Source of the DNA: Synechococcus sp.
GTDB lineage: Bacteria > Cyanobacteriota > Cyanobacteriia > Thermostichales > PCC-7336
NCBI GenBank assembly: GCA_051439605.1
Contig: JBFRWN010000018.1
Span: 1 to 30,867 of the forward strand
DNA: 30,867 bases
Direction: 5' to 3'
The notes below the pieces were generated by a model. It saw nothing but the letters and a program-made list of their open reading frames with translations. It searched no databases and was not told the origin of the DNA. Each line of letters opens with the position of its first letter. Within the stretch, counting starts at the first letter, position 1. Positions 1 through 8,271 of this stretch are shown here, piece after piece. Position numbers and translations under genes: made by a program.

Positions 1-153
1 AAAACCAGTTATATCGAGCGCTTCAACTGTACGATGCGCCAGCGAGTTTCACGATTGGTACGTAAAACACTCTCCTTTTCCAAAAAGCTCGAGAATCATA
101 TCGGAGCTATCTGGATGTTTGTCCACAACTACAACGCATCCTTACTTGTCTAG
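1..153 (+). CDS. IS1-family transposase (InsB-like), C-terminal fragment; 5' part lies outside the window
   Basis: Frame 1 reads [50 protein letters not shown] (TAG at 151-153). The [24 protein letters not shown] motif is typical of cyanobacterial IS1 transposases. Not in the ORF track. Confidence 0.9.
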   Translation, partial: KTSYIERFNCTMRQRVSRLVRKTLSFSKKLENHIGAIWMFVHNYNASLLV

Positions 154-160
154 GACTACC
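1..160 (+). mobile_element. Right end of IS1-family insertion sequence (terminal inverted repeat ends at about 160)
   Basis: The transposase stop is followed by GACTACC. The reverse complement of the end reads GGTAGTCCTAGACAAGTAA, an IS1-like GGT.. terminus, followed by an AT-rich target (CTTTTTTTAT). Confidence 0.8.
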
Positions 161-180
161 CTTTTTTTATAAAGATAACA

Positions 181-210
181 AATCCGGAGGCTGGGTAGCA
201 TCTCCGGATT
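181..210 (-). terminator. Probable intrinsic terminator of the 230..1165 gene
   Basis: Inverted repeat AATCCGGAG(181-189)/CTCCGGATT(202-210) about 20 nt after the stop, followed on the minus strand by a T-rich tract (TGTTATCTTT). Confidence 0.6.
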
Positions 211-229
211 GATCGTTCTTATCCGACAT

Positions 230-1165
230 CTAACGATTCAAAATTGCTGAGGCAAGACGATCGCGATCGATTGCGTAGGTATAGCCAAAGTGCTGGGCGA
301 TTCTGGAGCGAATGCCGGGCAGGGGAGATATCCCCCATTCAGAACGAGCAAAACTATCGGCGGCCTCCACCCGGATGCGAGCATCCTCCTGCGAAACTTC
401 ACCATTTTCGTAGGCTCTAATCAGCCCATCCAGATAATCTTCGTACTCTATGCTGTTGCGGAAGCTAAACTCAGAGGCTGCAGGCGCTGCCTGAGAACTG
501 GTGGGTAATGATGCTGTTGGCGGCGCACTAAATAAGGTGAGAGGCATTTGCAGTGCTAGGGTATGCACGCTTCCAGGGGCAATCCGTACAATTCTAAGTT
601 CGTCAGGGGAGCTCAGTCCCGAGAGAATGCCGAAGGCAGCGCCGGCAAACCCAGCTCGTTGCAAAGTGGGGAGGTCAGCCCCGGCAGCGCCTGCTAGAGA
701 GGTGCTGAGGTTACCAAAGACTGCACTGTTGGTTTTGGCCATTTGTTGAGCAGTAGCTCGAGTAATGGTCTGACCGGGGATAAAGTGACTTTGCGCTTGC
801 AGCGGCACGTATTGACCGTTTACAACAATAGATTCGGTAACCAACAAGGCTCCATCTTTATGCGGCAGGATGCGCAGGCTGATGGGGGTATTAGCAGGCA
901 CAATTGCACGCCCGTAAGCATCGAAGAGTGGCTGTGCCAGCGGCAGAGTGAGGGGAACGGACTCCTCGGCCCCCACATCAGCAACAATCTCACTAGGGAA
1001 TGACACCAAGAGAGCAGTCGTTTGGGGTAACGTCACCGCTTGGGTTGGCAAAGGGTATTGAGTGTTGCTGATACCAGTTTGGAGAGCTTCTGCAGCAGCA
1101 GGCAGGGTGCTTGCTCCGATTAAAGAGAGGGTCAGAGCCAGTCTGCACAGGGAAAACTTCAACAT
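230..1165 (-). CDS. Secreted hypothetical protein (signal peptide, beta-rich domain with glycine-zipper-like segment, Pro/Ser linker, small C-terminal helical domain)
   Basis: 311-aa ORF with signal peptide MLKFSLCRLALTLSLIGASTLPAAA, a GAAGA..GFAGAAFGILSG segment and a PPTASLPTSSQAAPAAS linker. Terminator downstream. Confidence 0.8.
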   Translation of the reverse strand: MLKFSLCRLALTLSLIGASTLPAAAEALQTGISNTQYPLPTQAVTLPQTTALLVSFPSEIVADVGAEESVPLTLPLAQPLFDAYGRAIVPANTPISLRILPHKDGALLVTESIVVNGQYVPLQAQSHFIPGQTITRATAQQMAKTNSAVFGNLSTSLAGAAGADLPTLQRAGFAGAAFGILSGLSSPDELRIVRIAPGSVHTLALQMPLTLFSAPPTASLPTSSQAAPAASEFSFRNSIEYEDYLDGLIRAYENGEVSQEDARIRVEAADSFARSEWGISPLPGIRSRIAQHFGYTYAIDRDRLASAILNR

Positions 1166-1240
1166 CGTGGGAGCCTCGAACGCGTTGGTGAGTGGACAGA
1201 ATCAGTGGGGAAAGGAAAGAGGAGTAAAGGGTCAATCTGA

Positions 1241-1636
1241 CTACCAGGCCAGCAAGTTCATCAGGTGGTTGCTCCGAACTTGAGTTTCGACAATATGCAC
1301 TTGCGTTGCGGCATTCGTTTCGGCGATATGTACTTGAGCGGCGGCGTTGACAACAGCCCCGCAATCCCGACTGGCAATCAGATCGGCAGAACTTTGAGAC
1401 CAAGTGGTGTTGCTGGCAAAAACATCCGAGACAGTTGTTTCCGTTGGGGTGAAATGCCCGTCGAAGACAGAGCCTTCAGAGTGAGATGCAGATTCCGATT
1501 GAACGTTGTGGGCTTCGTAGGTGTTGCAGTAATCACCTAAATTTTCAGGGAGCCAAGGATTGGCTTGAGCGGGCATTGCAGCGCTGACGCAAGCGGATGC
1601 AGTAATTAAAGAGCCGATAAGTCGGATGGATTTCAT
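1241..1636 (-). CDS. Small secreted hypothetical protein
   Basis: 131-aa ORF with ATG start, upstream GAGG and a signal peptide ending AQA. Same strand as and 75 nt upstream of 230..1165. Confidence 0.75.
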   Translation of the reverse strand: MKSIRLIGSLITASACVSAAMPAQANPWLPENLGDYCNTYEAHNVQSESASHSEGSVFDGHFTPTETTVSDVFASNTTWSQSSADLIASRDCGAVVNAAAQVHIAETNAATQVHIVETQVRSNHLMNLLAW

Positions 1637-2099
1637 TGCTTCGACCTCGTTGGGTTCGTGCTGTTACTGATTAACTTAAGGGCTCTGAAACGTATGGCCA
1701 GCGATCGCACTATCTGGAAACCTGCGATCGCGATCGCTCTGCAATCTTGCTGATTCACCACCCCAAGCGGAGTCCTGCCTCGTCAATCCCGTCAGCACAA
1801 TACGCAGGTATCGGGACAACCAGCGATAGGCCGAGCCGATTGGACAGACTACGGGCATGGAGATCGCAAGCCTCCCGCTATGTCTGCTCCCACTATTGCT
1901 GAAGACTGCAGTAGATGTTCGCGTTGGGGCAATGGCAGGGTGCGGGTTTACGTCAGATAGATGTGCGGTCGGGGCTAGTGGGGATTGCATATTGCCTGCC
2001 TGTATTCCCTAGTAGGAATGCGTAACCTCAAGCTATCGGGTTTGCCTCGTGGTGTGTTGAGGCCCCCTATGTTGAAGCCGCTTGGAGGCGAAGCTGGCA

Positions 2100-2270
2100 A
2101 TGAAGTACCGTCAAAATGCGATTCGCATCGGAATTTGGTTGGTAGCTGAAGTGCTGCTCAACTTCTACGGACTGGATAATCTCGCAGACTACAGCGAGTA
2201 CGTGTTCGAACGGCGGTATGGGGGTATGTCCGTACAAGCCCTGCAGATTGTTGTTGAAGCAGTTTCTTAG
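2100..2270 (+). CDS. Small (56 aa) membrane-associated hypothetical protein
   Basis: ATG at 2100 with GGAGG at 2084-2088. The core IWLVAEVLLNFYGLDNLADYSEYVF resembles a conserved small cyanobacterial protein family (recognised from memory, not searched). Confidence 0.65.
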   Translation: MKYRQNAIRIGIWLVAEVLLNFYGLDNLADYSEYVFERRYGGMSVQALQIVVEAVS

Positions 2271-2307
2271 TGCAGCGACTCTGTTGGGTAGAGGGAAAGC
2301 CCGACCC

Positions 2308-2355
2308 CGATCCGCACTCCTGCTAGCCTCTTAGCGCTAGCAGGAGTGCGGATCG
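2308..2355. repeat. Perfect 20-bp inverted repeat (hairpin) between convergent genes; possible bidirectional terminator or 3' stabiliser
   Basis: CGATCCGCACTCCTGCTAGC (2308-2327), 8-nt loop, GCTAGCAGGAGTGCGGATCG (2336-2355). Confidence 0.85.
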
Positions 2356-2404
2356 CTCACGAAGTTTGGGGAGGGTAAAGTCCGATTCCTGAAGCGACAA
2401 TGAC

Positions 2405-4306
2405 CTATCTTGATTCAGCCCATTCTGTCTCGACAATGGATGTTCCGGGAAATTGAATCGGATTTCCCAATCCCTGAATTTGTGCTTGCAACTGATTCAA
2501 CCTCTCCCGCTGACGGGGTAGACCGGATACCAAGCTGGCAGGAGCAACATCCTGGGCGATCGCAAAGGCGGCGGCATTCCCTGCTCCAGAACCAATGGCC
2601 CATTCTACTGGATGAACTCGGTAAGAGGCAGCCGCTATGTGTGTGGCCGCAATATTTTTTGCCCCCGCCAGGAGATTGTCAATTCGTTGCGGAATCAGGC
2701 TGCGCAGTGGAATTTGATAGGGATAGCTAAGCATTACCCCCTCGTAATCGATATCTGCAGGGTCGGGAGAGAAGTCTGCTTCTTGCACACAGGCATGAAA
2801 ATCAATTGGATACTGACCGACACCGACTGAATCGCTGAAGATGTAGGGACGCCCTCGTTGTAGCTCTGACTCCTCCACGGAAATATCGCTCTCGTATATC
2901 AAAAAACCATCGGGATAGCCGAACCCCGGTCGCCCTAACAGTCTGCGGCTTTCGCGAATATAGGGGTATTTCGACAAGCCGCTGGCGGTACCCATGGGTG
3001 CATCTGCCCCAGTCATCAAACGATAGCGGAAGTTGTAGTTGGGTTCGAACTCGGGATTGTCCCCCAACAGATAATCGGTGCGTCCCGCCATTAGCCAATA
3101 GAAATAGCCCAGCGCATGTCGCTCTCCTTGGGCCAGTGCCTCCTGACGCAATCCCCCTTTCCAGCCTCCAGGTGCTAGCTGACCGGAGTCCTCTAGTTGT
3201 GCTTGGGTCAAAATAAAGTTGCGATCCGGGCTGGAAATCCGCCAATCATTCCCCCAGGTCCAATTCTGCATTGACTGGTCGCCGACTCGAATCGCCTCGG
3301 CATCGTTAATGTTGCTGACGTCGACCTCCCCCTTAATCCGGCGGTAGGTAAATACAGCCGCAAAGTCAAACCGATCCTGCTCGAAGCTGTAATAGCGACC
3401 GTGTTCGGGTTGGTCGTAGAATTCTGGTTTGACCGGTACTTGAGGGGTGGCTGTATGCTCCATCACAAAGGTGTAGGTAAACCCTTGCGTGCAGTACGGG
3501 GTCGACTCCTCTTTCGCGGAGGGTTCCCAATAACGGGCCAGACTGTCGGTTCCCAATAGGTAAGGGACATCTGCTAAGGGCCACAGTTCCCCTGTTTCGG
3601 TGGCATCAATTACCATCCAGGGTACCTGAAGCCCGAGGCGATCGCTGGGGGGTACGAACGAGATGAGTTGTTTGTCCCAGTCTGAGTTGGGTTCGGGATT
3701 GTAGAACTCAAGAATATATTCGGACAAATTTCCCCGTTGTCCCCCGTCCAGTTCGGGACGTCGGGGGATGTTGGCGATCGCGTTCACGGATTCGACGAGG
3801 TTGTCGCTGGTTTCCACCGAAGATACGACTGTGTCGGTAAACAGCCTGAGTTGACCGGAATCGACATAGGGCTGCAGCATCTCCAGCAGCACTTGGTGTC
3901 CAACCTGCGGTGAGAAGCACAGCACGCTCACCCAGCATTTTCCAGGATTGGGATCGCCATCGTAAGCCTCCACCACGCGATCGCGGAACTCGCTATAACC
4001 TGAGGGGAAAAAATCGTTGTCCCGCTGTTGGGGACGCTCGTCTAATGCGGACACCCCCTGAGCAGTTGCCTGCCCGCCAATCCAATTGGTAATTTCCGTC
4101 ATGCACACTTGGCGACCCAATCGCAGGCTGTCATAGGCCGCCGCTACTCCCCCCAAACCCCCACCCGCAATCAAGATTTCGCATTCCACCGCTTGTCTTG
4201 CTGGCTCGTTCTGTGCATGGGTAGGTGAGGCTGATAAGGGCAGCAAGAGGCCAACCCCTACTAACACAGATAGCGATAGCGAACAATTCCTTGGGGATGC
4301 TTGCAC
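2405..4306 (-). CDS. Secreted FAD-dependent oxidoreductase (FAD_oxidored-like family)
   Basis: 633 aa with an N-terminal signal peptide, Rossmann motif ILIAGGGLGG, and WIGGQATAQGVSALDE, IDATETG, PYIRESRR and SYRVHPVEWAIG motifs typical of this cyanobacterial family. Confidence 0.88.
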   Translation of the reverse strand: MQASPRNCSLSLSVLVGVGLLLPLSASPTHAQNEPARQAVECEILIAGGGLGGVAAAYDSLRLGRQVCMTEITNWIGGQATAQGVSALDERPQQRDNDFFPSGYSEFRDRVVEAYDGDPNPGKCWVSVLCFSPQVGHQVLLEMLQPYVDSGQLRLFTDTVVSSVETSDNLVESVNAIANIPRRPELDGGQRGNLSEYILEFYNPEPNSDWDKQLISFVPPSDRLGLQVPWMVIDATETGELWPLADVPYLLGTDSLARYWEPSAKEESTPYCTQGFTYTFVMEHTATPQVPVKPEFYDQPEHGRYYSFEQDRFDFAAVFTYRRIKGEVDVSNINDAEAIRVGDQSMQNWTWGNDWRISSPDRNFILTQAQLEDSGQLAPGGWKGGLRQEALAQGERHALGYFYWLMAGRTDYLLGDNPEFEPNYNFRYRLMTGADAPMGTASGLSKYPYIRESRRLLGRPGFGYPDGFLIYESDISVEESELQRGRPYIFSDSVGVGQYPIDFHACVQEADFSPDPADIDYEGVMLSYPYQIPLRSLIPQRIDNLLAGAKNIAATHIAAASYRVHPVEWAIGSGAGNAAAFAIAQDVAPASLVSGLPRQRERLNQLQAQIQGLGNPIQFPGTSIVETEWAESR

Positions 4307-4642
4307 GATTCACCTCAACGGGAATTCCGAATACAACTGCTAGGGTGCAACATAACTAATATTTGTCGGGATTGGCTATTTATTTGCTTGAAAATTTTGA
4401 TTCAGGCAATAACTCCATTCTTTTTGCTTTAACGGGAACATTTGGTGTGATGCAGAGTCAATAAACTTTAATCAGTTACCAGCTCGATCGCATGCAATGC
4501 TTTCGTTCCAGACTTAACGATCTCGACCGAGATGGATGTTAGGTTTAGCCTAAGTAAGCAAAGAATCTGTTGTTCAGTATTGAGCCCGAGAATGAATGTT
4601 GAAGAGGGAGGGTTGCCCTTTTATCGCCTTGTTCTCATTAGA

Positions 4643-6235
4643 CTAATTGACTTCTGTTTCTGTTAAAGAAATAGACTCTGGTGCCAAACTAAAATCGTAT
4701 AAAGCAGTCGCGGCATCGGATAATTGCTCGAAATCGAGTTGAGTCCCCACCAAGTCTAGATCCTGTAAAACAAGATCGAGTTCCCCTTTTTCAAGGTCAA
4801 ATTCGGTGCCCAGCAGCCAAACTCGAGAGTTGCCACGTACCTGTAAGAGTTCGTTGATGACTTGTTGCCTGGTTGTGATGTCGTCTGGTTCAAGGCGAGT
4901 TTTCGGAGCAATCGCATGTTCTCTGAGTTGGGGGTATTTAAGGGTGTAGTACTCAAACGCCCTTTGAGCTCGGGGGAAAACGTAAATGACATCGTTAGCA
5001 GCGTAATGGTCATTCACGTATGCAATCAGAGGACGGAGGCGATGCACTGAATACTGATGGGGGTTGGCGATCGTGGCTAGCTGCCGTCCCGCTGAAGGCA
5101 TCCACAACAAACATAACAGGATCACTCCAAACACCTGACAGTATCGAGGTCGCTTCTTTATCTCTAGCGTCCAAGCAATTCCGCACGATAAAATTAACAG
5201 TGCGTAAGGAACCAGATAAAGAATTAATCGTTCTCGAAAAGGGTATTTCTGGAGGAATGACGCCGCTAGCGTTACCACAAATGGGGAGAGCAATGCTAGC
5301 AGAGTGAGGCGATTATTACGCCACAGCACAACACATCCGCAAATAAATGCCAGCATGGCTAATACTTCTGCAACTCCCAGGAATCCGAGAGGACGGTAAA
5401 AGAATCTCCCCATCGCATCCAACAGCCACACAATGTCGAAGATAGAGCTGGGATATCTTGCAGACCAAGATTCCACCAGTGATGAATTCCCCAATGCATC
5501 AGCAACGCTGATCCAATACATGAAGATAAAGCTGGCGATCCAGCATGCGTAGGCAAGTAGTCTCGACCTAAATAGTTGCCAGTAGTGGTTGACTGGATTT
5601 GCAAACAAAACCGTGCTTTCCGCTGCCACCAACGTGAAGGCAGCAGGATATGAAGTCAAGATACAGAGGGAACCAACGACCGAGACAAGCAGGGTTTTAA
5701 ACCGATTGAATGAATGTCGTCTAGAGCCCCACAGAATTGAAAACAGCAGTAGAGACGCACACAGGTCTACAATGTAAGGCTTGAGTTCGTTCGAGTAATA
5801 GACCGGATATCTTAAGACAGCAAATAAAGATATTGCTATGGCTGCTGCCGATCCTGGCACTATCAAGAAAGCCAAACGATAGAACAAAAATAAAGCCGCA
5901 ATTCCCGCCAAAAGAGGAAAGAGTCTGAGGGCCAGTTCGTTGTGCCCCAACAGTTGAGTCGCGAACCTCTCGATCCAAAGAAAGAGGGGAGGAGCCGCCT
6001 GATTGTGGTCGAGGGGTGACAGGAGTTCAATGTAGGACCGATCCCGAAGATTCATGGCGATGCCGAGCTCGTCGAACCAGAGGGAGCGGTTGCCAAAATA
6101 CAGCGATAGGCGAACAACAATCCCAAATAAGACTGCGATCGCCGCCCAGATTTTCCAAGGATCGCTGAGCACATCGCTGAACCTGCCACGATCGGGGGGA
6201 GGCGAAAGATGATTGTGCTCATCTTCATTTATCAT
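4643..6235 (-). CDS. GT-C fold membrane glycosyltransferase (GT39/ArnT/PMT-like), paralogue 1
   Basis: Polytopic membrane protein with NRSLWFDE loop motif, PPLF, ALRLFPL, ELKPY and YPFRERL. Start uncertain (ATG at 6235, or the upstream TTG at 6268). Confidence 0.85.
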   Translation of the reverse strand: MINEDEHNHLSPPPDRGRFSDVLSDPWKIWAAIAVLFGIVVRLSLYFGNRSLWFDELGIAMNLRDRSYIELLSPLDHNQAAPPLFLWIERFATQLLGHNELALRLFPLLAGIAALFLFYRLAFLIVPGSAAAIAISLFAVLRYPVYYSNELKPYIVDLCASLLLFSILWGSRRHSFNRFKTLLVSVVGSLCILTSYPAAFTLVAAESTVLFANPVNHYWQLFRSRLLAYACWIASFIFMYWISVADALGNSSLVESWSARYPSSIFDIVWLLDAMGRFFYRPLGFLGVAEVLAMLAFICGCVVLWRNNRLTLLALLSPFVVTLAASFLQKYPFRERLILYLVPYALLILSCGIAWTLEIKKRPRYCQVFGVILLCLLWMPSAGRQLATIANPHQYSVHRLRPLIAYVNDHYAANDVIYVFPRAQRAFEYYTLKYPQLREHAIAPKTRLEPDDITTRQQVINELLQVRGNSRVWLLGTEFDLEKGELDLVLQDLDLVGTQLDFEQLSDAATALYDFSLAPESISLTETEVN

Positions 6236-6354
6236 GGGGCATTCACAGATAACTTGCATAAGTTGCAATGTATCTGTTTATCTGCATGTTTGACCAAAAA
6301 CTGACTGTATCTCCCTTCCACCCAGCCACCGGAAACTGCTTGTCTACTCAAGTG

Positions 6355-6436
6355 TGTAGCTGCAGTCATTTCAATTAGAACAGCTTATTTTAGATCTAAC
6401 GATCGAGTGACCTAACTGTTGTTCAAACCCGCTTCA
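6355..6436. repeat. Degenerate copy or end of the 95-bp element family
   Basis: TGTAGCTGCAGTCATTTCAATTAGAAC (6355-6381) matches the end at 27300-27326 at 20/27 positions. A weaker opposite end may be present at 6409-6436. Confidence 0.5.
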
Positions 6437-7759
6437 GGCAACATATGCAGGCACCATTAAACAAATGCGGCTGCCTTGATTTTTCCCCAAAGAGTTCGCC
6501 GAAATCTTCCCCCCCATGGATTCAATCAACTTTCTACAGATCGTTAAACCGACTCCCGCCCCACCAACTGTTCGGCGTAGATAGTCCGCCTCTTGATAGA
6601 AGCAATCAAACACCTTTTCCAAACATTCCGCTTCAATCCCGCAACCCGTATCCGAGACAACGATTTCAACCATGCGATCTTGAGAGCTGCAAGCCCAGTC
6701 ATTTCCCCATCCAGAAGCACCGCACCCTGATGCACCACATCTTGCCGAAATCACAATCCTGCCATTCGCCCCCGAGAATTGATAAGCATTCTCTAACAGT
6801 TGCATCAACGTGAAGACGAGTTTGTCTTCATCTGCTAGCAAATCCGGAACCTGCTCGGAACAATCCAGCGTAATCGTGGGTAACACCCGCTGTTGATGCC
6901 GTGCTGAAAATCCAATCAGAGCGAGTTCGAGTGTTTCCCGCAGGTCAACCCGTTCTAGGTTGCTTGTCACCAATCCACGTTCCAATCGGGACAGTGTAAA
7001 AAAGCTTTGGATTAGCCGATTCAACCGGTCTAAATCCGATTCCGCCACCTCTAAAAATGCTTGTCGATCGGTTTCGGACAGGAGGTGAGCATCTTCGTTC
7101 AGAGTTTCTAAACTGACTTGAAGAGAACACAACGGAGTGCGCAGCTCGTGACCCACAATGGCCAGTAGCTTACTGCGTACCTGTTCGAAAGCCTCTTGCT
7201 GCTCTTCAACAGGTAACGCAGGGTCCGGGATAACGATCGGCTCTGAAAGCTGAAAGTCGGCTAGTGAGTTTTGCCAGTCAATCTCCTTACTCGATCTGCT
7301 GTCGCCCGTGCGACAAGAGGCTACGACTTGTTCTGAATGAACTGCCACTTTCAGCAATTCAAAAGAAGGATTCAAAGGACATGCGGATTGCAGATCGCTC
7401 TCGTCTATACCGTCAGACTGTTCGGACGCCGCAAATAACGCTAGGCATTCCCGCACCAACTCCCCCAGTCCTCTTGTTTCCTGCAGGGCAATGTCCAAAA
7501 TCGATATTTTTTTGGCAACAGAAGAAAAATTCCAACCTGTTTTCAAAGTCTCCAGACAGGCTTGCAAAGTGGATAGTGGTGTCCACAATTGCCAACCGAT
7601 AATGGCAATTACCTTGCTTTCCAGGCGTCCCAACGACTCGTATCGAGAAAGGTTATGACTATCCCTAGCGCTCAATCCTTGACTGAGTTGGCCGTGGTGA
7701 TGGTGTGACCTGACTGAAATCGTCATGTGTGCAATCCAGGATTTTGCCTGCTGCAACAA
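6434..7759 (-). CDS. Cytoplasmic histidine kinase with duplicated HisKA (first copy degenerate) and HATPase_c; no recognisable sensor domain
   Basis: H-box AIVGHELRTPL (His codon 7148-7150), N-box LLENAYQF, G1 SDTGCGI, F-box VFDCFYQ, G2 GGAGVGL. An upstream copy reads AIIGWQLWTPL. Start TTG 7759 or ATG 7726. Confidence 0.88.
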   Translation of the reverse strand: MLQQAKSWIAHMTISVRSHHHHGQLSQGLSARDSHNLSRYESLGRLESKVIAIIGWQLWTPLSTLQACLETLKTGWNFSSVAKKISILDIALQETRGLGELVRECLALFAASEQSDGIDESDLQSACPLNPSFELLKVAVHSEQVVASCRTGDSRSSKEIDWQNSLADFQLSEPIVIPDPALPVEEQQEAFEQVRSKLLAIVGHELRTPLCSLQVSLETLNEDAHLLSETDRQAFLEVAESDLDRLNRLIQSFFTLSRLERGLVTSNLERVDLRETLELALIGFSARHQQRVLPTITLDCSEQVPDLLADEDKLVFTLMQLLENAYQFSGANGRIVISARCGASGCGASGWGNDWACSSQDRMVEIVVSDTGCGIEAECLEKVFDCFYQEADYLRRTVGGAGVGLTICRKLIESMGGKISANSLGKNQGSRICLMVPAYVA

Positions 7760-8271
7760 CCTCCTTCAGAGAAGGGGACTGTGATTCAAGCCCTAAAGCC
7801 TCAGCCGGGAAAGCTCTGAAGGAGCAAGCTGATCGGGCTGGACGATTGTAAATAAATATTACAAAATGTATGTAAGGACATTAAATGTGTGTTCGGCATC
7901 AACCGAGCCGTCTGCAGTTTCCCGAGATTCAACATGCAATTGCAGCGTTCCTCTACAATTCCCCATCGAGCCGTTGATTCTGCCACTCAAGTCAGGCATC
8001 CCTGACAGGGGCAGGGCCAACATGTTAGGGATGGGATCTCCCTCGCGCCCTAAAAAAGGTCGACCCACTAAAAAAGTGGAAAGACAAGTGAATCAAAGAG
8101 CGCTATACGAACGAACACGGTATCCCCGCCTCAAAACTCCCTAGGCCGACTGTTTAGAACGGTCGAACTGATTCAGTGATCCCCCTTTAACCTAACCCCA
8201 TTCTAATTTCTGGTTATTTGCTCCAGGCCAATGATTGCAATCTGTTCACCTTCTACTCAGCCACTTACCTT

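Noticed and set aside
1676..1990. 104-aa minus-strand ORF upstream of the secreted pair
   Set aside because: No recognisable motif or clear RBS and low-information composition. It cannot be supported, though it is not excluded.
1990..2050. c-di-GMP-I riboswitch-like words on the minus strand (GGCAAACC...ACGCA)
   Set aside because: It lacks the GAAA tetraloop, the GACGCAAA core and a convincing P1/P2 pairing.
7847..7863. NtcA site TGTA...TACA
   Set aside because: The spacing is GTA-N9-TAC rather than the canonical N8.
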